Assembly (NCBI GenBank): GCA_024679065.1
Contig: JAGIQG010000043.1
Span: forward strand, 806,001-870,000
Source of the DNA: Sphyrna mokarran
Lineage: Eukaryota
Reading direction: 5' to 3'
Length of the DNA: 64,000 nucleotides
This document shows, in pieces, positions 48,400-62,917 of this stretch. Position 1 is the stretch's first letter; each line of letters starts with the position of its first letter. Made by a program: the position numbers and the translations under genes. The notes below the pieces were generated by a model. It was not told where the DNA came from. It made no database searches and saw nothing but the letters and a program-made list of their open reading frames with translations.

Positions 48400-49270
48400 A
48401 TCTAGAACATAGAACAGAGAAACAACTACAGCACAAATAAACCCTTCGGCCCACAAGTTGCGCTGATAATATCCTTACCGACTCGGGTTATCTACACCCT
48501 CAATCCGATTAAGTTCCAAATCTGCAAGCTCTCAACTCAAAATTCCCGACTTAAGTAATCAAACACAGTTGAGGGCATGCGATTTAACTCCTGCATGACA
48601 CGAATACTAATTGAAGATCTGCTATTCCACGTCAAACCCATTATTTCATTGACGTCTATAAGATCAAACTTCAGCCTCCTACTCTCCAAATAGAAATGTC
48701 CCAGTTTGTCCAGCCTCTCTTTATGCCTCAATTCATCAAGTCCTGGTAGCATCCTAGTAAATCCTGTATGCACTTTCTGGTTTAATAATATCCTTTTAAT
48801 ATATATTCTTATATATATGTAAATTTTTAATAGGATGATCAGAGTTGCACTCAGTATTCCAAGTGTGGCCTTACTAATCTCTTGTACAACTTCAACAAGA
48901 TGTCCCGACTCCTGTATTAATTGTTCCGACCGATGAAACCAAACATGCTGAATGCCTTCTTCACCATTCTCTCCACCTGTCACTCCACTTTCAAGGAGCT
49001 ATGAGCATGTATTCCTTGATTTTTTTGTCCTGTAACTCTGCCCAATGCTCGACCATTAACTAAGTAAGTTTTTCCTTGGTTTAATCTACCAAAATGTTTC
49101 ATCTCACATTTGTTGAAAGAAAATTTATCTGCCATTCGTCAGCTCACTGGCCCAATTGATCAAGAACCCAATGCACTTGAAGATAACTTTATTCATTGTC
49201 CACTATGCCACCATCTTGATATTTTCTGCAAACTTACTAAACGTGCCTCCTAAATTCTTATCCATGAACT
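48400..49270 (-). mobile_element. Decayed CR1 3' fragment
   Basis: FTRMLPGLDEL..ERLDKLG motif; tail agaacatagaac. Confidence 0.8.
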
Positions 49271-49409
49271 TTTATTTTCATGCCCCATCGTTGATGTGGT
49301 ATACTTTATCCACTTCTATAATTGTAAGCTGTATTATTGAAATAACTCTCTGGACCTTATTTGATGGTATTTGTGAATTGAGGAAAAATTCCAGAAAAAT
49401 TTGGATGAT

Positions 49410-50090
49410 AGAGGGAGTTTTTTTTCCACACAGAGGCTATGGAACGCGCTGTCAAGTAAAGTGGTGGAGGTAGGCACTCTGGACTTATTTAAGAAATACT
49501 TAGATGGGCACATGAACAGAATGGGGATGGAGACATATAGAAAACTGAGTTAAAATAGGGATCATGAGCCTTGGAAGTTCCCTGGGAAGTGTGTAAATTG
49601 TCGATGATATTGATGCATTTGTTTTTTCCTACGGGTATCCGGTCCGCCTTGTTGTCTAACAAGGGGCATACACGCGATGGGTCGTGAGAGGGCTGCTCTT
49701 GGATTTTTCGAGAGTAGCCTAGTGCTTCACGTCGTTAGTGTACGCTTGACCTGGACCATTTGATGGGTAACGCGACAGCTCAGTGACTATCGTTGTGCTG
49801 CGCAGATACATGGATTTGGCCCTATGTCTGTGGGAGTTTGCGTGTTCTCCCCGTGCTTGCGTGGGTTTTCTCTGGGCGTTCCGGTTTCCTTCCACATCCC
49901 AAAGATGTGCTCTTAGGCTGATTGGCAGAACAAAGTCTCCCTACATTGTCTCAAATTTGTTTCCAATGCATAGATCCATAAACATAGACAGGAATCATGG
50001 GTAGAAGTGGGAACATCGAGGTGGCGGCGCGGGCTCGTTGGGCCGAAGGGCCTGTTTCCCGTGCTGTTTTGTTTTTCGTTCTTTGTTCTT
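49410..50090 (+). mobile_element. CR1 3' end with long V-core 3'UTR
   Basis: ORF2 end (ttatttaagaaatacttagatgggcacatgaacagaatggg) contiguous with the same UTR as 26900-27450. Confidence 0.85.
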
Positions 50091-53063
50091 AACATATTCC
50101 TGACATTTCCTAGTTAAATTCAATGACACCTGTTAAGGGGGGTTTAGGTGCTAACAGATAGTTGCCATTCATGCCTGGATTATCCAGTAACAACATTAAA
50201 GTAATTGATTCTGCCTATTACCATTGATACTTGTTTCATTAACTCAGTTGATTGGGTGGCATGGTAGCACAGTGGGTAGCACTACTGCCTCACGGGACCT
50301 GGTTAGATTCCAGCTTGGTGTTACTCTCTGTTTGGAATCTGCATGTTTTTGCTGTGTCTGTACGTATTACGTCTGGACGCTCTGGTTTCACCCCAGAGTC
50401 CAAAGCCGTGCCGGTTTTTTCATTGGCCGTACTATATTCCCCTCAGTGTTCCCAAACAGGCGGCGGAGTCTGGTGACTAGGGAATTTTCACAGTAATTTC
50501 ATTACAGTGTGAACGTAAGCCTATTGGTAACTAATAAATACGCTTTACCTCTATTACTGCTGAGTAAGGAAGTAATCTTTTGAGAATGCCAATCACGGAT
50601 GTGGGCCTAATTGTGACTAATAAATAAAATTTATTTTTTCTGTAATGTGCGTGAAAAGTGAAGCCACATTATACACCACATTTTCCATTCGTTCGACCAT
50701 TAAAGCTTTCAAGTTCAGATTATCCATAGTGTCACAAATAGGGTTACATAAACACGGTAATGAAGTTACTCTGAAAATCTCCCTCGTCACCACACTCGGG
50801 TGCCTGTTCGGGTGTACTGATTGTGAATTTTGCATGGCCAATGCAACTGAACAGCACGTCTTCCAGAGCACCCGGCGGAAACCCGCGTTAACACGGGGAG
50901 AATGGACAAAATCCACACAGACAGTCACCTAAGCCAGGAATCAAACCCGTATCCTTGTCATTGTGAGGCAGCAGTGCTAACCACTGTGCCACCCCCTGGT
51001 CAGTGAAATCTGGAATTGATTCCCTGACCTTCGAAAAATCCCGTCCTCATTTTCCAGTTAAAGATTCTCTTTAAAACACACCTCTTTGAATTAGCTTTTC
51101 ATCACCCATGCAAGTATAGTTTTGCGCCGTCTGACGTTGATATTGTTCTGCATGTTTATCAAAACAAGTAAAACTATGCAAACCTTTGGTATGGGATATA
51201 AGAAATCACCCAGGCGTTTTCCATCTGACATCACGATCCAAGAGCCAAAGAGCTGGGAGACAATGCGCTCTGGATAATCGTTACCTTTCATTTTAAAACA
51301 TACAATTGACCACTAGAAGAAGCTAAATAATCTTTATTTTACACTCATCTTAAATAAGCTAAGTATGCCGAGTCCGATCAGAGTAATCTCAATTATACTC
51401 GCAGACAAAACGTTGCAACTAACGCAGAGTGTGTACCAACAGTCAGCACAGTATTCGTTGGTAGAATTAACACACAAAAATGCATCCTACCTCAACGCCT
51501 TCAAATGGAGATTTGAATATTTGAAAAGCATTTGACATCATGAATGAATAGCAGACATCCCTCCCCGGCTTCAGGGCGTGAACGGGATTTGACAAAGAGC
51601 AGCAACCAGACACCGAACCGACAAGATGTGCCTGTGGATAGGAGAGACGTATTCTAGAGTTAGAACGGCACCGTGCGGCCAGGAGTGGGAGCAGCAGTAG
51701 CCCCATTCTTTGTCACAAAGCCGGTAAAACTCTTTCGCATCAGACAACAGATGGCATTTTAAACGATTGTACCTTAATAGATGGCATGGTGTGTCTGTGT
51801 AAGTTGCTCTTTTCAGAGTTGCTGCAGATAAGCAGGCACGGTGACACAGTGCCTCATAGTGCCAAGGATCCGCGTGGGATTCCTGGTTTGTGTGACTGTT
51901 GGTGTCGAGTTTACACGTTCTCCCCGTTTATATGCGGATTCCCTCCGATGTTCCGGTTTCATCACTTGCTGAATTGTTCCCTTGTGTCAGAAATTATGCA
52001 AGTTAGGAGGATTGGCCTTGCTAAATTGCCCTCTAGTGTCCATAATATGCAGGGGGGTAGATTCTCCATATTAAATTGTCCCTTATTGTCCCATGACATG
52101 CAGTTGACATTGATTAGAAAAGATAAATTACTCCTTACTCTCCAAAACTATGTAGGTTGGTGGATTGACCATGCTAAATCGACTCTTAGGTGTCATAGCA
52201 GCATAGTATTTAGCACTGCTGCTTCACACCTCAAAGGTCGTGGGTTCCATTCACGGTTCGGATCACTGTCTGTGTGGAGTTTGCACATTCTCCTCGTGTT
52301 TGCGTGATTTCCCCCCAGACCTCCGGTTTCCTCCCACAGTCCAAAGATGTGCGGGTTAGGTTGATTGGCTATCCTAAGAAATTGTCCCTTAGTGTCCAGA
52401 GATGTGTTGGTGAGAGGGATTAGTGGGTATGATATGCAGGGATGCGGGGTTAGGACCTGGGTGGGATTATGTTGGGTGTAGACTCCTTGGGCCGAAGGGC
52501 CTCTTTCTGCGCAGTAGATTTCTATGTTCTATGCTCTTAGTGTCCAAAGACGTGCAATTTAGGTGGATTGTTCATGCTAAATTGCCAATTGCTGTCCAGA
52601 GATGTGCTGGTTGGCTGGATTAGGTGTAGAAAATGCTTTGGGAATAGATGCTTCTTTGAATACCATGTGCAGTCTGTACTGGCCGGATAGCCTCCTTCTG
52701 CATTGTGGGATTACTCTAGGCATTATGGTACTTCGGCCTTCAAGCCATCATCTGCACAATAAGAACTTAGTTCATCTTCTAGCTCTGCTTCACATTCTGC
52801 TCATTCTCAAAAAAATGCATAGGCCTCTGCGTAGAGAATCCCGAAGTCCTCCAACTCATTTCTCCCGTCTCAGTCTTTATTCGGAGACTATAAGTCCGTG
52901 TTCCAGAATCTCCACAAAGTGGGAGCGAAAGCTTATCAACATTTACCCGGAACGCCCAGCCAGTATCTTATTCATTGTCATGAGATTACCACATACTATT
53001 CCGTATCCCAAGGCATGAAGCTGGGAGCAGTAGTTATAGCTGAGGGAAGGGTAATTATGAGGC

Positions 53064-55207
53064 CATCAGGAGAGAATTAGGGTGCATAGATTGGACTAGG
53101 GAACTACAGGGACTGGGAACATCTGGAATGTGGTGCTTATTCAAGGAGCAGCTGCTGCGAGTCCTTGATAAGTATGTCCCTGTCAGGCAGGGAGGAAATG
53201 GACGAGTAAGAGAGCCTTGGTGTACGAAAAAAGTTGATTTGCTGGTTAAGAAGAAAAAGGAGGCTTATGTCAGGATGAGGCTTGAAGGCTCAGATAGGGC
53301 AATGGATAGCTATAGATTAGCCAGGAAGGAGGTAAAAAGTGAATTGAGGAGAGCTAAGATGGGACACGAGAAGATGTTGGCTGATAGGATTAAGGAGAAT
53401 CCTAAAGCTTTCTTTCGATATGTTAAGAATAGAAGATTGGTTAGGGCAAGATTAGGGCCAGTCATAGACAGCAGTGGGGAGGTGTGCGTGGAGCCTGAAG
53501 AGATTGGTGAGGCACTGAATAAATATTTCTCTTCGGTATTCACGCAGAGTGCTGGAAATGTAGCTATGGAGAGCACTGAGGTACAGGGTGGCAAATTGGG
53601 GAGTATTGTAGTAGATAGGGAGGATGTGTTAGAAATTCTCGAGGGTTTGAAGTTGGATAAGTCCCCTGGGCCGGACGGGATTACCCTAGGATTCTCTGGG
53701 AGGCAAGAGAGGAGATTGCAGAGCCTCTGGCTCTGATCTTCAGGTCCTTGTTGGTTACGGGTGTGGTTCCGGAGGACTGGAGGATGGCGAATGTGGTCCC
53801 ATTGTTTAAGAAGGGGAAGAGAGACCTTCCTGGGAATTATAGGCCAGTGAGTCGTACTTCTGTGGTGGGCAAGGTATTGGAGAGAATTATTAGGGATAGG
53901 ATTTATAGTTATTTAGAGAGAAATGAATTGATTGGGGATAGTCAGCATGGTTTCGTGAAGGGTAGGTCATGCCTTACTAACCTCATTGAGTTTTTTGAGA
54001 AAGTGACCAGAGAGGTGGGTGGGGGTAAGGCGGTTGATGTAGTATATATGGACTTTAGTAAGGCGTTTGATAAGGTGGCCCATGGAAGACTTCTACAGAA
54101 AATGCAGATGTGTGGAATCGAGGGTGATTTAGCTAATTGGATTAGGAATTGGCTGGCAGATAGAAGACAGAGGGTGGTGGTTGATGGGAGATATTCATCG
54201 TGGAATTCGGTGACGAGTGGTGTGCCTCGGGTCTGTTTTGGGGCCCCTGCTGTTTGTAATTTTTATAAATGATCTGGATGAGGGTATTGAGGGATGGATC
54301 AGTAAATTTGCAGATGATACTAAACTTGGTGGTGTGGTAGATAGTGAAGAGGGGTGTTTCAGTTTACAGAGTGACTTGGACAAGTTGCAGAGCTGGGCCG
54401 AGAGGTGGCAAATGGAGTTTAATGTGGAAAAGTGTGAGTTAATGCACTTTGGCAGGAACAATAAATGTGTAGAGTATAGGGCTAATGGTAGGGCTCTTAA
54501 TAGTGTTGAGGAAAAGAAGGATCTTGGTGTATGTGTCAATAGATCCCTGAAAGTAGGCAGTCAAGTGGATAAAGTTGTTAAGAAGGCATATGGAGTCTTA
54601 GCTTTTATTGGTAGGGGGATTGAATTTAGGAGCAGCAGCATCATGTTGCAACTGTACAAAACTCTAGTGCGGCCGCACTTGGAGTATTGTGTGCAGTTCT
54701 GGTCCCCACATTATAAGAAAGATGTGGAGGCATTGGAGAGGGTACAGAGGAGGTTTACCAGGATGTTGCCTGGTATGGAGGGCAGGTCCTATGAAGAGAG
54801 GTTGAAGGATTTGAGTTTTTTTCGTTAGAAAGGAGGCGGCTAAGAGGGGATCTTATTGAAGCATATAAGATGATTAGAGGTTTAGATAGGGTGGACAGTG
54901 ATAGCCTTTTTCCTAGGATGGAGAAAGCTAGCACGAGGGGACACAGCTTTAAATTAAGGTGTATGAGTTATAGGACGGATATCAGAGGTAGGTTCTTTAC
55001 TCAAAGAGTGATTAGGGAGTGGAGTGCCCTGCCTGCAGCTGTTGTAGATGCGCCAAGTTTGGTGGCGTTTAAGAGGTTAATTGATAAGTATATGGAAGAG
55101 AAGGGAATGGTTTAGTTTGAGGGGCATTGCTTTTTATTTTGGTCGGCACAACATCGAAGGCCGAAGGGCCTGTTCTGTGCTGTATTGTTCTATGTTCTAT
55201 GTTCTAT
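53064..55207 (+). mobile_element. 5'-truncated young CR1/HER1-like LINE
   Basis: Four consecutive RT ORF pieces incl. FADDTK; (GTTCTAT)n tail; same subfamily as 17566-19274. Confidence 0.97.
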
Positions 55208-58200
55208 GAATATACACTCAACCCACTCAGCAACATAGAAGCCTCAAAGAGATAAATATTACTGTTAAAGTTCAGCCACCTCGCAATAATTCCTAATAAC
55301 CTGATTCATCAAAAATACTTTATTATTAGTCAGAAGTGGGTGAGCATTGCACTGAAGTTACTACAAAAATCACCTACGAACGCACTCCAGTGCTAGTTCA
55401 GGTATACTGAGGAAGAATGTAGCACAGCCGAAGTACCTAACCAGTGTCCTTTCTCGGGCTGTGGAAGGAAATCCAGGCAGACACGGAGGGAATGTGCAGA
55501 CTCTGCACAGACAGTGACCCAAGCCGGGAGTTGAACCAGGGAACCTCGCGCTATGAGGTAACAGTGCTAACCACTATTCCACAGTGCCGTCCTAAAGCAG
55601 GCTGTGAGAAGCAAAATTAATACATGTTTGGAAAAAGGCAATTTATAAAGTGATGGCCGGAAATGCAGGGGTCAGCACTTTTAGGGAGATAAAATGCAGG
55701 CGGATGGAACAGATGTTTCAGAATACAAACCTAGTAATTCACTTTCCATTTGACGTATCTTTGACAACATGCAACATACATTAATAAAACGTGCCCTGCA
55801 AATGTAGCAGAACTCAATAATGAATTAAAATTATTTCGTCCACCATGTGTTTATTCAATGATGTATTTCCTAGCAAACTCCTTGGTTACTCAAAAGTTTT
55901 TTTTTTCAAAAGTTTGACACCCTGAACATACAGGCAAAAATGAACATCAGCAAGTGAAGACATTTGGTTCACCCAATCTAATGGGTGGCATGGTGGCACT
56001 GTAGTTAGCATTGCTGCCTCACAGTGCCAGCGACATGGGTTCAATTCTCCGTCATTGTCTGTGTGGAGTTTCTGCATTCTCCTTGTGTCTGGATGGGCTC
56101 CCTCTGGTGCTCCTGTTTCCTCCCACAGTCTAAAGGTGTGCTGGTTAGATGTGTTAGTGTGTTAAACTGTATCCCAGTACTCCTGAGCAGACACCGGATT
56201 ATGGTGATTAGGGGATTTTCATAGTAACTTAGTAACAATGCGAATTTAAGCACATTTGTGACTAATAAACGTTCAGTCATATCACGTCTGATCTTCTGCT
56301 GCAGTTTCATTTTGCCACACAATCCCTATATACGTTTGTTCACTTCGCATCCAAAATCTATGGGTCTTATTTTCCAATATGCTGAAGGACTGAGCATCTA
56401 TAGATCACTTGGGTAGAGAATCCTCTGAATGAAGACATTTCTCCTCTCATTCTGATTCGAGTTCCTTTATCCTGAGTCTGCACAGCTGTGTAACAACTTC
56501 TCCAGCCAATAGGATCAATAGATGTTTAGTATCTGACATGTCACCATCCTTCAGCATCTTGTGTTTCAATTAGTTCATCTCTCATTCTTCTGTCCTACAG
56601 CAAATATAGAGTCATAGTGGTTTACAACATGGAAACAGACACTTCGGCCTAAGTTGTCCATGCGGCTCTTTTGATTAACCTTAACCTAATCCCAATGGCC
56701 CGCAATTGGTCCATATCCATCTATACCCATCGTATTCGTGTAACTATAGGCATAGTTTTCTCAGCCTCTGATCACAGGACAATACAATCGTTCAAGGATG
56801 CGATCTAAAGTACATTAACTGTGCTGCCTCAATAGCAAGTGCAAATGGAATGCAAAACTGCAGAAATGATCATGTAGTATCCTATACAATTGGGCAAACA
56901 CATGTTCAATATTGTACATCAAGCCTCCACTTCTTGAATTCCTAATTATTTGCTGCACCGGAATGCTAATTCAGAGTCCATAGAGTTATGTAGGTTTACA
57001 ATACGTAAGCATGCCCTTCGGCTTAACGTGTCCATGTAGTCCCGTTTTTACCATGAAGCCAGTCCCAATTACCCAGGTTTGGGTCATATCCCCTTTTATC
57101 CAGCCTACCCATGTAACAGTCAAATTATTTCTCTATAAACATAAAATGGTCCCCCCAATACTCCTCAAGAAGCTCGTTCCAGGCACTCAAAACCCTCTGT
57201 GAGAAAATCTTGCACTTTTGTATCACACCCCTCTCACCATAAACTTATCCCCTCTACTTTTACGCTCCCCAACTTTGGAAATGTTCTCACTTTCCCCATT
57301 TCTGTATGGATTTCCACCAGTTGCTCCGGTTTTCTACCACAGCCCGAAAGATGTGTTGGTGAGGTACATTGATCATTCTAAATTCTCTCTCAGTGCATCT
57401 AGATAGATGGCGGAGTATGACACCTAAGGAATGTTCACTGTGACTTCATTGCATTGTTAACGTAAGCCTATTTGAGTCACGAATAAAAAAAAATAAAACG
57501 TTTATTTATGTCTATTCCATCTGTTTCCCACATAATTTTATGCATCTCAATCAAGCACCTCATCTCCACCCCTTACCACCGCACTGCTCCCACCCCCTAC
57601 AACGTCTCTTTTGTTCGATGGGGAACAACACTACTCGATCCAATCTCTCTTCATAACTAAAAATCTCCAGCCCAAGAAACATCCCGGTAAATCTCCCCTG
57701 CAGCAATGTTAAACAATACCGGGATGTAGGGAAGCACGTTTTCGTCCAAGGAATGGTGGGAGTCTGGAAATTACTGTCTGTGAGGGTGGCAGAGACATGG
57801 ACGCTTACAATATTTAAGAACTATTTAGATGTACAGTTGTGATCTCAAAATACAGAAGGCTTTAGACCAAGTGACTATTCCTTCACTAGCAGAGGAAAAT
57901 AGGACAAAATATTGCGTATAATGATGGAACTGTACAAGGCGGCGGCGAGGCCACAACTGGAGCAATGTGTGCAATTCTGGCCAAGATGTTACAGGAGAAC
58001 ATCATTGCTCTGGAGACAGCGCAGAACAGATTTGCAAAAATGTTGCCAAAAGTGGAGAATTAAAGCAACGACGAGATTTTGGAGAGGTTGGGTTTGTTTT
58101 CCATTGAATAGAGAAAGCTCAGTGGTGACAACATTAAGGTGCACAAAATTCCGAGGAGTACGGTTGAACTGGAGAGGAACAACCTATTTCCCTTGCCGGA

Positions 58201-59494
58201 ACAATCAGAAACCACAGGTCATCGATTCAAAATAAATGTCAATATGTGGAGGGGATCTTTTTTGGCAGAGGACGATGGGTGTCTAGAATTTGTTGTCTGA
58301 GTTGATGACGGAAGGACAGACCCTAAAATCTGATTAAAAAAAAAACACGGGATCTGCACCATAACTGCTGCAAGCTGTGGGCTATGGGCCGAGTGTCCAA
58401 AAATAGGATTAAAATGGACATCTAGCTGCCTTCGATCGGCGTGGTCAAGATGGACGTCTTTGTTGTATTATTCTATGGCTATACCATTGTAATCTCCACT
58501 GCATCTCTTTCAATGGATTGTTTCAGATTTGCTGTATCCACAATTATGCACAGAGATTCATGTCCTGCGAGACTTAAGAAAAGAAGCAGAAAGAGAAAGA
58601 TCAGGTAATCATTGACCTGCAAGTATAATATCAGGTGTGAAATTGGCTGATCTGTCGTTATGCATCGTGTGAATGATGACTTCGGCAAAATGAATACAAC
58701 TGAAATATTGTCATAGAATCATAGAACCTTACAGTGCAAAAAGAGGCCCTTCAGCCCATTGAGTCTGCACCGAACACAATCCCACCCAGACCCTACCCCC
58801 ATATCCGTACATATTATACCCACTAATCTCTCCAACCTACATATCCCTGTACACTAAGAGACAATTTCTTAGCATGGCCAATCAACCTAACCCCCACGTC
58901 TTTGGACTGGAGGAAACCGGAGTACCCGGTTGTGTGCAGTTTTGATCCCTTTTTCTGAGAAAGAATGTTCTTGTTCTCAAGGGAATGCAGCTCTAGTTTA
59001 TCAGGTGGATATCGAGGATGGGCGGGAGAGATTGACTAGTTAAGATTGTTTTCGATGGAGTTCAAATGAATGAAGGGGGATCTTACAAAATTCTAATGGG
59101 ATTAAACAGGGCCGATACAAAGAGAATGTGCTCAATAGTCGTGGAGTCCAGAACCGGGGTCACACTCTCAGAATTTGGGTTAGACATTAAGGCAGAGGTG
59201 AAGAGACAGTTCTGTCATGGGTAAATTGAAATGCTTGTCTGTATAAAAAAGATCTTTATGGGCGCGCGGGCTTTGTAGAAGCGCCAGATAAATAAATATT
59301 ATTACTCCCCTTCATCCTTATGACCGACAGCCTATTTAAAGTGTATGACGTAAGATTATCTGAAGTACAACAAATCACGTTACTTTATTCATTTCGAATT
59401 TAGAACCCTGTCTATTTCTGTGTAGTGTCGTCATTTTTCATTCCTGCAAAAAAAAAACAATACATATGTGTACAAAACAGCAAAATATGGTTAG

Positions 59495-59790
59495 GGCTCG
59501 GCCATGTTAAATTGTCCTTTAGTGTCCAACAATGTGTAGGTTAGTTGGATTGGCCATGCTACATTGCCCCTTAGTGTTGAAAGATGTGCAGGTAAGGTAG
59601 ATTGGACATGTTAAATTGCCCTTAATGCTCGAAGATGTGCAGGCTAGATGGATTGGCCATGTTAAATTGCCCTTAATTTAGCAAGATGTGCAGGTTAGGT
59701 GGATTGGTCATGCTAAATTGCCCTTTGGTGTCAGGAGGGTAAACATGTGACGTCACGGAAATAGGGCCTGAGTGGGATATCTGCAGTGTC
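59495..59790 (+). repeat. Tandem array of HE1 internal ~50-bp units
   Basis: Repeats of gatgtgcaggttaggtggattggccatgctaaattgccccttagtg. Confidence 0.85.
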
Positions 59791-61363
59791 GCTGTGCTGA
59801 ATGACACCCTTCTGCTCAGTCAACATATCAAGGTGCTATCGATTATGTTTCCGGTATCCTATTTTCATAAACCTGGATCTCTTGCATTGCAAAAGTAATT
59901 GCACTTCCGAAGACACACCATTGGCTGCGAAGATCCTTGAGATATTCTATGTTCGGAACACGCTCTACATTAAGACAGGCGACAGCTACCTCATTGAAAT
60001 AATGTTGACCATACCCTGTTGCAACCCCCGAAAAGCAAAGAGGCAGAAATAACTGCTCACATATCAGCCTTTCAAAGGATCGTCTCCGCATGACTTTGCT
60101 TTCATTATTTTTTTTCCCAACGCGATTGTATACAAATCACTGCACAGATTGGGACCATTAGTCCAACTCACACTGTTAATGCTACAGACATGCCTCATTC
60201 TATCTTTCTATCACCCCATCTAGCTCTTTCTCTCCTTCTATCCAGCTGCCCAGTTAAAATAACATTTTTGTCATTTGTCACGAGCAGAGGTGAGGAGGAA
60301 AATGGGGCATTGAATGTCATAATCAGAATTCAATAGCGTGTTTTTTTTTAATCGGGTACCTTTTAATTTGATGTGATTAGATTTATCATTGTCTCATGCA
60401 TTTGAAAAGCGAAAATTTGGCCTACGTTAAATTAACTTAATCCTTCTCTGCAGCCTAAACTGTAACATTACCTTCTCCACTTTCTCCTTTCCTTCTCTGT
60501 GAATGATAAACTTTTTTGTGTAAAAGAAAATGGAACAATATTTTTCACTGTATCTCAATACATGTGGCAATAACAAATCAAATCTATGTACTCTTTGAAC
60601 TGTATGCTTTGCCTGTATAGCACGCAGGAAACAATACTTTTCACTGTACACTAATGCATGTGACGATTATAAATCAAAGCAAATCAAAAACACTCCCTGT
60701 GATAGCGAGTTCCATATTCTGCACAATCTTCCAAAATGCATTCCCCATTGGCGACTGTCTCACCTTGTAATGTTTTGAAATTCTGCTTCTATTTTGTGGA
60801 ACCATTTCATGATTGCAAATTCTCGATGGGTCAGTCCTCAATTTTGATCTGTTTTAGAGAAAAACAGCTCCAACTTCTTCAAGCGTCACTGATAATTACA
60901 CACTCTCTCTTCAGGTATATTTTCTATGAAATGTTAACTGCACCTTTTGCATTCCCTGTGTACCCTTGCTGCGGTGGCCTGGTGGCACCGTGGTTCGCAC
61001 TGCTGCTTTCCAGCGCCAAGAACCAGGGTGCAGTTCCCGGTTTGGCTCATAATTTGTGCAGAGTCTGCACGTTCTCCCCGTGTCTGCCTGGGTTTCCTCT
61101 AAGTGTGTTAGTTTTCTCCCACAGTCTGAAAGACTGGACATGCTAAATTGTCGCTCAGTGTACCCGAACAGGTGCCAAATTGTGGCGATGGAGAGATTTG
61201 CACAATAACTTAATTGCGGTGTTAATTAAGCCTACGTGTGCCTTGAACTTTAACCAATTTTACTCCGATTAAGAAGAACTGCGCTCCAAATTTGGCTTTA
61301 CTAATATAAGATGTCCGAGTTTTTTTTTTGTAAAACATATCTCATGCTCGCGGACATCTGGCC

Positions 61364-61389
61364 CTATAGTAAACAGGAAAACCGCAGAG
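61364..61389 (+). promoter_or_regulatory. FOX:ETS + RUNX (AACCGCA) composite ~160-180 nt upstream of the leader ATG
   Basis: ctatagtaaacaggaaaaccgcagag; conserved with 2907-2932. Confidence 0.55.
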
Positions 61390-61546
61390 AGCTGTCTACT
61401 CCGTTCTATTTTTTAACACCAGTCTGGTTTTAAATCACATGTTCAGTGCGCACATTTCACAGGTCCCTTACACAGAGAGAATAAAAGCGAATTCTCAGTG
61501 AGATTCGGAATGGGGGCACAGAGTTCAACCTTCTGGGTCAAGGACA

Positions 61547-61589
61547 ATGCGTTTCCTCGGTATCTGGGTTTTGTTCCATCTCTTCCAGG
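61547..61589 (+). CDS. Intact leader exon (MRFLGIWVLFHLFQ) of a gene continuing beyond the window
   Basis: acaATG, hydrophobic peptide, phase-1 donor G|gtgaga; decayed paralog at 3081. Confidence 0.65.
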
Positions 61590-62917
61590 GTGAGATATCC
61601 TCATTGCATTCAGATAGAGTGGAGCAGGATTTGGACAGCGTTTAGAGGCAAAGACTGCTTCCATTGGCAGAAGTGCCGGGAACAAAGGGAACATGGATTC
61701 AAGAATTTGGTAAAAGTAACAGAGAGGGAGATGACGGATTTTGTTTTATCTGTCCGAGTTGTTGTGATCAAGAAGGCTCTGCCTGATAGGGCGGTGGAAG
61801 CAGATTCAACAGGAACTTCCAATTTGGTGGAATTGGAACTTTCAAAAGGAGGAAGCTGGATACATAATTAAAGGGGGGGGGGGGGAAATATAGCAACATT
61901 AGCTAAATCTTTGAAAGATTCAGCACAGACTCGAAAAGTCGAACGGTCTCCCTCTTGATTTTACCGTGTTATACAGTTAGCTAGCATGTGAGTTAGCATG
62001 TTAATTTAACATAACATCAAAACCATCATTGCTGACAAAATGGGAAGTCGATTAATAACAATGATTAGAAAGGAATTAATCCCAATTGTGATTTCTCCTG
62101 TTGTATGATGTGTGAGTAGGCTCCGTTAACAATATAGGCCACTTTGGAGAAAAAAAAACGCATTTCAAGTAGAACTTCTGAGTGAAAAATAAGTTTTTTT
62201 TTCACGAAAAAGGTGCCCAAATTCGGTGGAGGAGAAGAAGAAACAAACAAAAACAGAAACTGCTGGAATTTCTCAGCGGCACAGTGGTTAACATTGCTGC
62301 CTCTCACCACCCGGAGCCTGGGTTCCATTCCTGCCTGCGTGGATTTTGCATATCTTTGCCATGTTTGCGAGGCTTCCTTCTGGGTGTTCTGGTTTCCATC
62401 CACAATCACAAAAAAAATGTGCGGGTGTTTGTTCATTGACTGCTAAATTGCCCCATTGTTTCAGGGGATTAGCAGGGTAAATAAGTGGGATTATGGCGAT
62501 TGTCACCAGTGCAGGCTCGATGGGCCATGTGGCTTCTTTCTGCATTGTAGGGAGCCTATGATTCAAGGTCTGAGAGCTTTTGTCAGATAGCATGGAGGAC
62601 TGAGGGTAACCCACAAGGGGAATGTTGGGTCTAGTTTTCTCTCCATAGAGGCTCTCAGACCTAGAATTATATTCACCTACAGTCCTGAAAGACGTCATTG
62701 GGCCCATCGGATCTGCACTGACCACAACTCCCATAATCCAACAGAGATTTTCCAGCATTTCCTGGTTTTGGTTCAGGTTCTAGCATCCTCAGTCAGTTGG
62801 TGTCATATAAGGAGAGAGAGTGATGTAAGCAATAGTTGAGGAATGCAGTTTCACTGTAGCTCCTTATGTGATTATCATTACACAATTCATATGTGCCTCC
62901 TGCCAAACCAGATTCAA

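Noticed and set aside
51467-51706. Minus ORF starting MGLLLLPLLAARC (signal-peptide-like)
   Set aside because: No good donor site or recognisable downstream domain
52898-53080. YQHLPGTPSQYLI resembling a V-domain C strand
   Set aside because: No Trp, no B- or F-strand Cys motif, no acceptor; adjoins a LINE
59495-59790. CRISPR-like regularly spaced repeats
   Set aside because: Eukaryotic DNA; head-to-tail SINE sub-repeats without unique spacers
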